A DNA stretch of 64,000 bases, from positions 17,487 to 81,486 of the forward strand of contig CAYGJD010000007.1 of the NCBI GenBank assembly GCA_964350315.1, written 5' to 3'. The notes beneath the pieces were generated by a model, which did no database searches, was not told the DNA's origin, and saw nothing but the letters and a program-made list of their open reading frames with translations. Source of the DNA: an uncultured bacterium. GTDB taxonomy: Bacteria > Chlamydiota > Chlamydiia > Chlamydiales > 2-12-FULL-49-11. Numbering within the stretch: position 1 is the first letter of the stretch; each line of letters opens with the position of its first letter. A program made the translations under genes and the position numbers. Positions 35,353 through 45,233 of the stretch are shown piece after piece.

Positions 35353-36375
35353 ATGAAGCGCCTAATTGCTCTTTTATGTCTTATTTCAGGGAATTGCTTT
35401 GCATGTACAGATTTTATTCTTACAGATGAGAATAAGGATTGTGTTGTTGGCAGGTCAATGGAATTTGCTGTCGATCTTAAATCAGAGATTGTTTTTGTTG
35501 AAAGAGGTCCGATACAAATTACGAAAATAGGAAATAAAGAGGCTTTTAGTTGGAGGCGTAAGCATTCATTTTTAGGGTTAACTGCTCTTGGGATTGATAA
35601 GTTAATTGTGGATGGGGTGAATGAAGTAGGACTTTCTATTGGATTTTTATGGCTACCTGGAACTGAATATCCCAAAATTCCAGCAAATAAACTGAATCAG
35701 ACTATTCCTTTAGAAAATCTCGGTGGTTGGATTTTATCTACTTGTGCAACTGTTGAAGAAGTAAAAAAGATTCTGCCTCAGGTTTATATTAAGGGAGACA
35801 ATCTTCCAGAAATTAATCAAATTCCACCACTACATATTTCTATTCATGATAGATCTGGAAAAAGCATCGTTGTGGAATTCATTAAAGGAAAAATAGAAAT
35901 TTCAGACAATCCAGTGGGTGTGTTAACAAATGACCCAACCTTTGATTGGCAAGTCACAAACTTACGTAATTATATAAATCTTGTTGCCCAAAATGCTGCG
36001 TCACAAACAATAGAAGGGGTAGAGATACTTCCTACAGGACAAGGAACAGGTATGCGTGGATTGCCTGGAGATTGGACACCGCCCTCTCGTTTTGTGAAAA
36101 TTGCATTACAAAAGACAAATGTTCAACAAGCAAAAACAAGTGATGCAAATGTTAATTTAGCATTTCATTTGTTAAATACAGTCGATATCCCTCTTGGTGT
36201 GATTAAGGACTCCTCGGGGAAAAATTCTGATTACACTCAGTGGATCGTTGTTAAAGATCTAAAAAATTGTGCTTTGTATTTCAGAACTTATGACAACCAA
36301 AATATAGGTATGGTGACTCTTGAGGACTCTCTTCAAAAAGGGGTAAAAAACGTGAGTCTAAATACTCCGCAATAG
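35353..36375 (+). CDS. choloylglycine hydrolase family (linear amide C-N hydrolase, Ntn) protein
   Basis: The signal peptide ends in GNCFA, followed by the nucleophile Cys in CTDFILTDENKDCVVGRSMEF; also TNDPTFDWQVTNLRNY. Confidence 0.8.
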   Translation: MKRLIALLCLISGNCFACTDFILTDENKDCVVGRSMEFAVDLKSEIVFVERGPIQITKIGNKEAFSWRRKHSFLGLTALGIDKLIVDGVNEVGLSIGFLWLPGTEYPKIPANKLNQTIPLENLGGWILSTCATVEEVKKILPQVYIKGDNLPEINQIPPLHISIHDRSGKSIVVEFIKGKIEISDNPVGVLTNDPTFDWQVTNLRNYINLVAQNAASQTIEGVEILPTGQGTGMRGLPGDWTPPSRFVKIALQKTNVQQAKTSDANVNLAFHLLNTVDIPLGVIKDSSGKNSDYTQWIVVKDLKNCALYFRTYDNQNIGMVTLEDSLQKGVKNVSLNTPQ

Positions 36376-36432
36376 TTGAAGAATCTAGGGTTTTCTCTAG
36401 ACAAAAAAGCTTTTTTCGGCCATTTCGAAGTT

Positions 36433-37866
36433 ATGAACAGATGGCTTTTGATACTATTTTTAATGACTTCTCTTTCTTCTTGTCTTTCGATGTCAAAAAA
36501 AGAACAAGAAAAGAACATGCTCAAACAACCCTCCCTCACAACTTCAGTTGAAAGCTCTCAAATGGGTCAGGAGTTTGTAAAAGGCAATTGGCCAAATGAA
36601 AAATGGTGGGAGACGTTTGAGTCAAATGAACTTTCTGCTCTGGTTGAATCAGCATTAGCAATGAATCCAACGATTGCAGGGGTCAAACAACGAGTAGATC
36701 TAGCAATTCAAGAGGCTGTAATCACCGCAAGCTCTCTTTATCCAACAATCTATCTGAATGGGGATGATAACGCATCGATTATCAGTAAAAATGGACTCTA
36801 TAAAGCTTTAAATCCTTCTTTGAAAGAGAAGCAAAATTTAATTGATATTGGGCTTTCCTTTTTCTATGAATTTGACTTTTGGAGTAAGTATCGAAATTTA
36901 ACTCGTTCAGCTGAGGTGAAAAAACAAGCTCAGTATGCAGAATACAAACAAGCTGAATTGATTGTTTCAACTTCAATAGCGCAATCTTATTTTGCTCTAA
37001 AGACGTCTCTTTTGAAAAGAGATCTCTATCAGCGGCTTACACTTGTAAGAAAAAAATATTTAGCTTTGCAGACTCTTCTAAATAAAAAAGCTTTGTTATC
37101 TCGGATTCCTCAAACATATTCCCATGAAAAGTATCTTGCTGCTAAGAAGGCCGTTTCTCAGATCGAGAAAGAAATTGCTGTGATAAAGCACATGATCAAT
37201 ATTATGCGTGGTACCGGCCCTGATGATGTGCTCGATATTGATGATGGATGTTTGAGTTTTAATCACAAAATTGAAATTCCTGAAACTCTAAATTTAGAAT
37301 TGGTAGCAAGAAGACCTGACTTAATGGCTGCGATTTTAAGAGCTAAAGCGCTTTCATTTGAAGTGGGTGCGGCAATTGCTGATTTTTTTCCGAATATCAA
37401 TTTAAAGATGTTACTTGGGCTAGAGGCAACGGGAAACCACAATATATTTGATATGTCAAGTGGTCAAACAAATTTAGTGCCAGCGTTCAGCTTGCCTATC
37501 TTTACTGCAGGGGCAATTCGGGCTAATGTCCGTGGAAAAAAGGCTATGTTTCAACAGGCTGTTTTTGAGTATAACGAACTTCTTTTAAGAAGCACTCAAG
37601 AGATTGCTGATGCACTATCAATTCTAGATGATGTTTTTCAAAAGAAAGAAGATCAAGTTCAGATTGTTGAGCAGGCCGATCTTCGTTTTGATATTATCAC
37701 TTTAAAGCACCAAAAAGGGCTTGATAATCTTTTAACTGTTTATGAGAGTGAAGAAGAAGTGATTCTTACTAATCTAGCTGACATCGATCTTATCTTCGCT
37801 CAATATGCTGCTGCAATTAAGTTGATAAAGGCTCTTGGTGGGGGATATCACATTGAGTGCAAATGA
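36433..37866 (+). CDS. efflux outer-membrane factor lipoprotein (NodT/OprM/TolC-like)
   Basis: Start trimmed to MNRWLLILFLMTSLSSC (lipobox). NPTIAGVKQRVDLA and a duplicated coiled-coil/beta-barrel pattern are present. Followed by MFP and MFS genes. Confidence 0.8.
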   Translation: MNRWLLILFLMTSLSSCLSMSKKEQEKNMLKQPSLTTSVESSQMGQEFVKGNWPNEKWWETFESNELSALVESALAMNPTIAGVKQRVDLAIQEAVITASSLYPTIYLNGDDNASIISKNGLYKALNPSLKEKQNLIDIGLSFFYEFDFWSKYRNLTRSAEVKKQAQYAEYKQAELIVSTSIAQSYFALKTSLLKRDLYQRLTLVRKKYLALQTLLNKKALLSRIPQTYSHEKYLAAKKAVSQIEKEIAVIKHMINIMRGTGPDDVLDIDDGCLSFNHKIEIPETLNLELVARRPDLMAAILRAKALSFEVGAAIADFFPNINLKMLLGLEATGNHNIFDMSSGQTNLVPAFSLPIFTAGAIRANVRGKKAMFQQAVFEYNELLLRSTQEIADALSILDDVFQKKEDQVQIVEQADLRFDIITLKHQKGLDNLLTVYESEEEVILTNLADIDLIFAQYAAAIKLIKALGGGYHIECK

Positions 37867-39097
37867 AAGTGCAAAAGCGAGTAATAGCTGGTGGATCATT
37901 TTTTGGTCTATTGTTGGCTCTATACTTTTTTTGTTTGTGCTGATTTGGTTCTTCTATCTTAGGCATATTGCGTACACAGACGATGCATATGTGCATGGGA
38001 ATAAGATTATTATCACACCAATGCAAGATGGCGTGATTGTACGAATTCATACGGATGACACTTTTCTAGTCGATCAAGGGCAGGTTATAGCAGAACTTGA
38101 TCCAACCTATGCACTGATTGCTTTAAATAGAGCTCAAGAAAATCTTGCTAATGTTGTAAGAGAGCTATGTCAAGTCTTTCATAGAACTTTTTCTCTCCAA
38201 GCTGATATCGAAGCTCGTCTTGCTGATTTGGTGATTGCAAAGCAAGATTGGAATCACAGAATTGATGTGATAGAACAGGGTGGTGTCTCACTTGAAAACT
38301 TACAACATTCAGAGGCTGTTTTAAAGTCTGCCTTTTTCATGTTCAAGTCTGCAGAAAGTTTATATTTAAGAGAGAAAGCCTTGATTGATGAGACCTCGAT
38401 TCGTAGCAATCCAATGGTGAAAAAAGCAGAAGATGAGTTGAAAGATGCTGTTGTAAGATTGTTTCGCACAAAAGTCTATGCTCCGAATAAAGGTTTAATC
38501 GCACAAAGAAATATTCAAGTCGGAATGCATGTGAAGGCTGGGGATCCGTTGATGAGTGTCATACCACTTGATCAGATTTGGATTAATGCCAACTACAAAG
38601 AGACCCAAATGGATAAGATGCGTATTGGACAAACAGTTCAGGTGATGGCAGATCTCTACGGTTTTGGAGTGATCTTCCATGGAACAATCGTTGGTTTGCC
38701 AGGTGGTGCTGGAAATGCTTTTTCTCTCTTACCTCCTCAAAATCTTTCTGGAAACTGGATCAAAATTGTTCAAAGGCTTCCTGTTCGAATAGCTCTTAGA
38801 CCAGAAGAGCTGAAAAGGCATCCCCTGAGAATTGGTATGACGATGAGAGCTCTTACTGACCTTCGATTTAGTGGCGAAATTGTTCCTACAACTACAGTTG
38901 GTCCTTTGTATACCACTGAAATATTGCTTGAAGAGGAAAAGGGAGCTAAAGAAATGAGTGATGAAATCATTTCGGCTAACATTGACGCTAGTTTAAAACC
39001 ATTTGAGCATGAAAAATTCACGTCTGAATACATTCCATTTGCTGGGGAGCTAGAGCTACTCTTTGATGAAGAGGTTTCAATTGGGAACTATCAGTAA
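37835..39097 (+). CDS. HlyD/EmrA-family membrane fusion protein
   Basis: Single TM WWIIFWSIVGSILFLFVLIWFFYL, then YTDDAYVHGNKIIITPMQDGVIVRIHTDDTFLVDQGQVIAELDP (EmrA-like lipoyl motif). The exact start is ambiguous (TTG/GTG at 37835-37853). Confidence 0.8.
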   Translation: MVGDITLSANESAKASNSWWIIFWSIVGSILFLFVLIWFFYLRHIAYTDDAYVHGNKIIITPMQDGVIVRIHTDDTFLVDQGQVIAELDPTYALIALNRAQENLANVVRELCQVFHRTFSLQADIEARLADLVIAKQDWNHRIDVIEQGGVSLENLQHSEAVLKSAFFMFKSAESLYLREKALIDETSIRSNPMVKKAEDELKDAVVRLFRTKVYAPNKGLIAQRNIQVGMHVKAGDPLMSVIPLDQIWINANYKETQMDKMRIGQTVQVMADLYGFGVIFHGTIVGLPGGAGNAFSLLPPQNLSGNWIKIVQRLPVRIALRPEELKRHPLRIGMTMRALTDLRFSGEIVPTTTVGPLYTTEILLEEEKGAKEMSDEIISANIDASLKPFEHEKFTSEYIPFAGELELLFDEEVSIGNYQ

Positions 39098-40616
39098 TTG
39101 GATTCTTAAATATAGCGGAGTAGCGCTGGGAGCTACTTTGATCTATAGTTTTGGTTCTACGAGCATGGCAGCAAACTATATCATGAGCGATCTTGGCGGT
39201 GGCTATGATACAGCTGTTTATGCTGTCTCCTTTTTTGGTATTGGGAATGCCTCAGGAATCCCATTAGGACTAACTTATGGAGGGCGTCTTGGTAGGGTAA
39301 ACATGGTCTTGATGTGTGTGATTCTCTATATTACAATGACATTTCTTCTTGCGCTTGCGCCAAACTACCCGACGTTTCTAGTTTTTAGGTTTATCCAAGG
39401 TTTTTCATCTGGGCCTTTGTTGATTTTGCTTCCCTCTTTAGTTGGGACAATGTCGACATTTGAAACAAAGAAAAAATTTACGACAAATTACGCTTTCATA
39501 TTCATTTTCGTATCGATTTTAACAGTTTGTATTGGAGGCATTCTTGCCTATGAGTGTCATTGGCGTTTAATTTTTGTTATTGAGGGGATGCTTCCTTTAA
39601 CTTTTGCTACCTTGCTTTTTAAATCACTTGGTAATAAGGAGTTTGAGGTCGATCGCAATCAATTCCATGTATTTGGTTATATTTCCTATTTACTCTCACT
39701 TTGGAGTTTTTCTCTGTTTGTTGTCATGGGTCAGCAACTTGATTGGTTAACATCATATTTCATGAGATGGATGGTTTTAATCTTTGTCATAGCATTTCCC
39801 TATTTTGTTCTTCAGACAAGACATCATCCTCACCCAATCATCAATTTTAGTGTTCTTAAGTCTCTAAGATTAGCAGTGTCTTTAGTTCAAGTTGCAGTCC
39901 TCTTTGGCTTGTACTATGGGATGGTTTTTTTACTTGCTCAATGGCTCCACCTATTTGTGAATTATACTCCAATTTGGATTACTACAATGTTGGGAGCAAT
40001 GCTTCTTGCTGCAATAACTGTTTTTTCATTCATTTTTAAGTTGAAAGTTTCAAATTCACCTATTGTTCTTGTTATTGGAATATTGTTTTTTCTATTTTCG
40101 TCCTATTTGACAATGCATTTTAACGTTGAAGTGAATTTTGGACGAGTCGCTTTTTCAAGAGTAATGGCTGGAATAGGACTTGCGATGTTTTTACCGCCTC
40201 TTGTCTATATGATCTTGTGTGAGTGCGCAGCCGAGTTAGGTCATCACGGATTAGCACTTTTTCAGATGACAAGAACCTTTAGTTGCTCAATTGGAATTTC
40301 TCTCTTTGCTACAATTTGGGAACGACGAAAAGTCTTCTATCATGAAAGACTAGGGGGGTATTTAACCCCATTTTCTGAGAAAGTTGCCTATTTCTATGAT
40401 CAAACCAAGAACTATTTCTTATCTCCTGATATGAGTAAGGGGGCGCTCAACGAAGCTCTCACAAAACAATCTACCGCTCTTGCCGTAGCAGATTGCTTCT
40501 ATCTTATGACGATTATATACGCGATCTTGTTGATCATGCTAATATCTTTTTTGTTTTATGAAAAAAGACATCTTGTTGTCAGAAGAGATGATCAACCTCT
40601 TCCTGATAAGAGATAA
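39063..40616 (+). CDS. MFS DHA2 (EmrB/QacA-type, 14-TM) efflux permease
   Basis: 517 aa with about 14 hydrophobic segments, directly after the MFP gene with a 35-nt overlap. Confidence 0.8.
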   Translation: MMKRFQLGTISNWILKYSGVALGATLIYSFGSTSMAANYIMSDLGGGYDTAVYAVSFFGIGNASGIPLGLTYGGRLGRVNMVLMCVILYITMTFLLALAPNYPTFLVFRFIQGFSSGPLLILLPSLVGTMSTFETKKKFTTNYAFIFIFVSILTVCIGGILAYECHWRLIFVIEGMLPLTFATLLFKSLGNKEFEVDRNQFHVFGYISYLLSLWSFSLFVVMGQQLDWLTSYFMRWMVLIFVIAFPYFVLQTRHHPHPIINFSVLKSLRLAVSLVQVAVLFGLYYGMVFLLAQWLHLFVNYTPIWITTMLGAMLLAAITVFSFIFKLKVSNSPIVLVIGILFFLFSSYLTMHFNVEVNFGRVAFSRVMAGIGLAMFLPPLVYMILCECAAELGHHGLALFQMTRTFSCSIGISLFATIWERRKVFYHERLGGYLTPFSEKVAYFYDQTKNYFLSPDMSKGALNEALTKQSTALAVADCFYLMTIIYAILLIMLISFLFYEKRHLVVRRDDQPLPDKR

Positions 40617-40701
40617 TCCACATATTGTTATCCTGATTTTTCATCGAAATGAATCATTCCTTTTTATATGATTACGGAAAAAATACAAAAATCTGGGATT
40701 T

Positions 40702-42183
40702 ATGAAAAAAACATCTAGAACTATGGCAGTGATTGGAATTCTTTTAGGAATGGCCGTCTTGGCTGCTGGTTGGTCGAGTATCAATATGTCGCTTGGAACG
40801 ATTCAAAGTGAACTTGGGGCGAGCGTATTGCAACTGCAGTGGATGATGAACCTTTATGGAATTTCGATTTGTATTGCTCTTTTGCCCATTGGAAAGCTTG
40901 GTGACGCATATGGCAGAAAGTGGTTTTTTATGGCAGGCCTTATTGGCTTTGTCTTCACTTGTTTAGGGGCAGGCTCTGCCCAATCGCCTGCATATGTGAT
41001 AGGTTTTATGTCACTTTTTGGCTTCTCTGGGGCGTGTGTGTTGACTCTATCGCAAGCGCTGATCGTTCATCAATTCCCAGAAAATCAGAAGTCTAAAGCA
41101 ATTGCAATTTGGGCGACTTTCACTTCGATAGCACTGGCGTTAGGTCCTATTCTTGGTGGGGTTGTCATTCGGTATTTAAGTTGGAGATGGGTTTTTTTCA
41201 TCAACGTGCCGATTGCAATCGCGGCTTTAATACTGGTCTATTTCTTTGTGAAAAAGGAAGAGGCTCATTCAGCTCATTGTGAGTGGAGTGGCGTTTTGTT
41301 GCTTGCTTTAATCGTGGGAGGCTTAGTCAGCGCAATTTTACAAGGACCTGCATGGGGATGGGGATCTTGGGAGGTTGTCTCTTTATTTGCCATATCTTTT
41401 GCGGCTCTTGTCTTGTTTATTCTTCTTGAGAGAAGGAGTAAAGAACCATTATTTCAGACGAAGTTATTTGCAAATCGTGGATTTCTTTTTGCCTCGATCT
41501 GTAATGGTTGTATCATTGGATTTGTCTGGTCTATCTTCTTCTTCCTTCCTCTTTTTTTGCAGAATGAAAAAGGAGCAACATCTCTTCAAGCTGGCTTTAA
41601 AATGCTTTTGATTACAATACCTGTAGCAGGATTCTCAATGTTAGTAGCTAAGCTCTATGAAAGAATTGGAGCAAAACTTCTTCTTGTCGTGGGATTTTTG
41701 ATACTGTTCTCATCTGTTTTTTTTCAGAAGCAGTTGCCGATTGAAGTGTTTTGTTTGATGATTGGATGTGGTTGGGTGTTAACTTGGGGACCATCCACAT
41801 CAAAAGCTCTCTCATCACTACCTTATAAAATGGCAGGGATTGCATCAGGAATGTTTATGACACTCCAGGAGATCGGGGGAGTTGTGGGTCTTGCTATTGC
41901 TGGCGTTGCTTTTCGAGTTGGAACAAAACGCCATTTAGCTCCGCATATGAATGAGATCCAGAATGTACTTCAGTCTCGTTCTGATGCTCTCATCTCTGAT
42001 CCAATAGCAGCAGAAAAAATCGTTGGGAGTGATTCACCGGTACTTGCTTGGTTACACCAGGGATTTAATACCGGGTATGAAGATATGATGCTCTTTCTCT
42101 CTGTATTAATGCTACTTGCAGTGTTATCAGCCTTGTTATTGCCAAAACACGTGAAAATACAGAAAATTGAAGGGAGGAGTTAG
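40702..42183 (+). CDS. second MFS DHA2 (EmrB/QacA-type) efflux permease
   Basis: LPIGKLGDAYGRKWFF, LGPILGGVVIRYLSWRWVFFINVPI and 14 TM segments. Confidence 0.85.
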   Translation: MKKTSRTMAVIGILLGMAVLAAGWSSINMSLGTIQSELGASVLQLQWMMNLYGISICIALLPIGKLGDAYGRKWFFMAGLIGFVFTCLGAGSAQSPAYVIGFMSLFGFSGACVLTLSQALIVHQFPENQKSKAIAIWATFTSIALALGPILGGVVIRYLSWRWVFFINVPIAIAALILVYFFVKKEEAHSAHCEWSGVLLLALIVGGLVSAILQGPAWGWGSWEVVSLFAISFAALVLFILLERRSKEPLFQTKLFANRGFLFASICNGCIIGFVWSIFFFLPLFLQNEKGATSLQAGFKMLLITIPVAGFSMLVAKLYERIGAKLLLVVGFLILFSSVFFQKQLPIEVFCLMIGCGWVLTWGPSTSKALSSLPYKMAGIASGMFMTLQEIGGVVGLAIAGVAFRVGTKRHLAPHMNEIQNVLQSRSDALISDPIAAEKIVGSDSPVLAWLHQGFNTGYEDMMLFLSVLMLLAVLSALLLPKHVKIQKIEGRS

Positions 42184-42184
42184 C

Positions 42185-43138
42185 ATGAAAGATCTCGTTG
42201 ATCAGGCGAATAAATTTCTTCAGGGAAAAATTAGAAAGACTCCTGTTGAATTCTCACCTCAACTATCAACTCTTATGGGTAGTCCTGTTTATTTAAAGCT
42301 TGAGTGCTTGCAGTTGACTGGTTCTTTTAAAATTCGAGGAGCGCTTTTCTATCTATCTACATTAAGTGTAGTAGAGAAAAAGCAGGGTGTTGCAGCATGT
42401 TCTGCCGGAAATCATGGCCTTGGTGTTGCTTATGCAGCAAAAGAATTAGGAGTGCCTTGTACAATTTATGTAACTCAAAGTGTTGACCAGGCTAAATATG
42501 ATAAACTAGTAGAGCTTGGGGCCCGGGTGGTTAAATCTAAATTCCCCGGATATGATGACACTTTAGAATGGGCAACTCAAGAAGCAAAAAAGATCAATGT
42601 TTCTATTGTTCCCGCTTATGATGATGAAAAAATCATGGCTGCAAATGGGGGAACTCTTGCAACAGAGGTTTTGGAGCAAGTTAAAGAGGTAACAAATTTT
42701 GTTCTTCCAATGGGTGGAGGAGGGTTGTCAGCTGGCTTTTCATTTGTTGTAAAAGAAAAAAATCCTAAATCAAAAATAGCTGTTTGTCAACTTGCTGATT
42801 CACCCGCCTTTCAACTCTCTCTTGAGAAGGATAAAGCAATCACCCGTATGCCTTCGATTGAAACACTTGCTGGCGGTATTGAAGGTGGTTTAGGGGAAAA
42901 GTGTTTTGATGTATTAAAGTCGCGAGTGAGTAGTGTTGCTCTTGTTAAGGAAAATGAGCTTAGGGAAAGTGTTTGTTGGTTGTTAAAAAATCACCAATAT
43001 TTGATAGAACCATCATCAGCTGTTGCTCTTGCGGGATGTCTTTATGGTCATATTCAAACTAACGGCCCTACAGTCATTGTTTTATCAGGAAGAAACGTAA
43101 GTTTTTCAACTATTAAGCTTCTGGTAGAGTCGCATTAA
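42185..43138 (+). CDS. PLP-dependent threonine/serine dehydratase family enzyme
   Basis: Start trimmed to MKDLVDQ (GGAGG upstream). Lys motif TGSFKIRGA, SAGNHGLGVAYAA and the glycine loop MGGGGLSAG. Confidence 0.8.
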   Translation: MKDLVDQANKFLQGKIRKTPVEFSPQLSTLMGSPVYLKLECLQLTGSFKIRGALFYLSTLSVVEKKQGVAACSAGNHGLGVAYAAKELGVPCTIYVTQSVDQAKYDKLVELGARVVKSKFPGYDDTLEWATQEAKKINVSIVPAYDDEKIMAANGGTLATEVLEQVKEVTNFVLPMGGGGLSAGFSFVVKEKNPKSKIAVCQLADSPAFQLSLEKDKAITRMPSIETLAGGIEGGLGEKCFDVLKSRVSSVALVKENELRESVCWLLKNHQYLIEPSSAVALAGCLYGHIQTNGPTVIVLSGRNVSFSTIKLLVESH

Positions 43139-45143
43139 TGTGGTGGTTAAACCATTCAACATTTGCTTGCATGACGTCAAGATAGACTTTGGGTGTTGAA
43201 GGGCCATGTCCCATTCCTGGATAAAGCAAAAGCGCGGCTTCTTTATCACAATGCTTTAACGCATGATAAAACTCATGTGATTGTGACACTGAAACGCGCG
43301 AGTCATTTGTTCCATGCTGAATTAAGCAGGGCGTTTCAATATTTGGCACAAAGTTGATGGGAGAGCGGTCTTCATAAAGCTCACGATTGTCATAGAAGTT
43401 TCCAAGAAAATCACTTTGACAAAGAGGAAGATCAGATGTTCCATTATGGCTAACGAGGTTTGACATTCCTGCGCCTATTGAAGCAGCTTTAAACTTGGCT
43501 GTTTGAGTGATTGACCAGGCAGTCATATATCCGCCATAACTCCAACCCATGATGCCTAATCTTTGCGCGTCAATATTGCCTTTTGCTATAAGACTATAGA
43601 TTCCTGAGATGATGTCTTGATAATCGCCACCGCCCCAATCATTGTAATTTTTCCATCGGAAGGTTTTGCCATATCCAGTAGATCCTCTGGGATTTGGTCT
43701 AAACACAAAAAAACCAGATTGAGCAAAAGAGGCGATGGGGTAGAGGCTAGGATATCCTACAAAAGTTTCAGAAAACACAGAGATCGGTCCGCCGTGTACA
43801 ACAACTAAAAGAGGGTATTGTTTTCCTTCTTCATAATCGATTGGGTAAGTAAGCAAACCTTCGACAGTTAATCCATCATTTGAAGTCCACGAATACAATT
43901 CGGTTTGTATTTTTGGATAGGCTAAAAGTGGCTGATTTAAATTAGAGACTTGAATTGGAGTGAAGTTGTCAACTTTTGATACGTAAACTTCTGGGGGAGT
44001 TGAGGTCGTCTCTGAAATAAATCCAAGGGTTGAATTATCCAAGCTAAGAGAAGGTGCTCTAAAGAATGTTTCGCCGGTTTGTATTTCAATTGCAGGTTCA
44101 CCATTGGTTGGGATAAGCATAAGGTGGAATTTAGTTCCTTTAGGCTCATAGAAAAGCACATTCTTGTTATCTCTGCTCCACCCAAGAAGGTTTGGACCAG
44201 CGAGTAACGTGCCTTGATTGTATGTTTGTGAGAGGGGGTGATATCCTGAGCCATCAGAGTATCGAACAGCTACCTGCCTGTCATGTGAATACCTGTGGTC
44301 CTTGTTGTTATCTGTAAGGTATGCAATATAGAGGCCGTCTGGAGAATAGTGCGGTTGAGCTTCATAGAGCGCCTTTTTTTCCCAAGGAGAGATCTTCCCT
44401 GTTTCAAGACTTAAAGTTGCGATACTGCTATTTAAGTAAAAGTCTTCAGCCCCTGTTGAAGGAGAATAGGCAAAGGTGATTTTTTTTGAATCAAATGACC
44501 AATCAAATTCTGTATTTACTGAAGCAGAATCATTGCCACCTCTTACGCAATATTCATCAGATGTAAGTTGTATTGGGGTTGGATTAGATGAAAAGAGGTC
44601 AACCATCCATAATCGATTGATAACTTTTTTTTCGTCACAAATAAATGAAGGTTTGTTCTTGGTTGTTTCGAGTTGATCTGACATAACAAAAGCGATTTTT
44701 TCACTATCTGCAGACCAAGAATAGGTTTGGACGCCTGTTTTGCATTGAGTGATTTGCTTAGCTTCTTTTCCATCAACTGGAATGATATAAAGGTTTCTTG
44801 ATCCATCTTGGGTAGAGATGAAAGCAATTGATTTGCCATTAGGAGACCATCTTGGTTGTGTCGAGGAGTTCATTGACAATGGCAGTGGAGAAGCAGTTTT
44901 TGCATCATTTGCTTTAGCGGCATAAATTTTAGGTGTCCAAGAAGAATTTTCATTTGACAAAGTTGGTTCTTTGACGACAAAAAGGATTGATTCGTTGTTA
45001 GGAGATATTTGAATGTCAGAGATCGGTTTAGTGCTTAACATCACCTCAGGAGACCAAATAAGAGGCTTCTCACCGATATTTGAGTGAACAGAAAAAGTGA
45101 GAAATAAAGAAAGGACAACGACGCCGGTTTTAAAAAATTTCAT
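43113..45143 (-). CDS. secreted S9 family serine peptidase (prolyl oligopeptidase / acylaminoacyl-peptidase-like)
   Basis: Signal peptide, an N-terminal beta-propeller-like region (WSPNGKSIAF, YSPDGLYIAY), the catalytic GWSYGGYM, and later GMGHG. Confidence 0.85.
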   Translation of the reverse strand: MKFFKTGVVVLSLFLTFSVHSNIGEKPLIWSPEVMLSTKPISDIQISPNNESILFVVKEPTLSNENSSWTPKIYAAKANDAKTASPLPLSMNSSTQPRWSPNGKSIAFISTQDGSRNLYIIPVDGKEAKQITQCKTGVQTYSWSADSEKIAFVMSDQLETTKNKPSFICDEKKVINRLWMVDLFSSNPTPIQLTSDEYCVRGGNDSASVNTEFDWSFDSKKITFAYSPSTGAEDFYLNSSIATLSLETGKISPWEKKALYEAQPHYSPDGLYIAYLTDNNKDHRYSHDRQVAVRYSDGSGYHPLSQTYNQGTLLAGPNLLGWSRDNKNVLFYEPKGTKFHLMLIPTNGEPAIEIQTGETFFRAPSLSLDNSTLGFISETTSTPPEVYVSKVDNFTPIQVSNLNQPLLAYPKIQTELYSWTSNDGLTVEGLLTYPIDYEEGKQYPLLVVVHGGPISVFSETFVGYPSLYPIASFAQSGFFVFRPNPRGSTGYGKTFRWKNYNDWGGGDYQDIISGIYSLIAKGNIDAQRLGIMGWSYGGYMTAWSITQTAKFKAASIGAGMSNLVSHNGTSDLPLCQSDFLGNFYDNRELYEDRSPINFVPNIETPCLIQHGTNDSRVSVSQSHEFYHALKHCDKEAALLLYPGMGHGPSTPKVYLDVMQANVEWFNHHINATLPEA

Positions 45144-45233
45144 ATCTGATTTTACCTACTTAGTTAGGAGATCAGTTTAATTTTTGGAGAATTAAGATTC
45201 AACGTCTTTAAAATGAGCTTTGTAGGTAGTTGT

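Noticed and set aside
35289-35675. 128-aa minus-strand ORF overlapping the start of the choloylglycine hydrolase gene
   Set aside because: The plus-strand frame has a signal peptide plus the Ntn Cys nucleophile context. The minus-strand product is unrecognisable.
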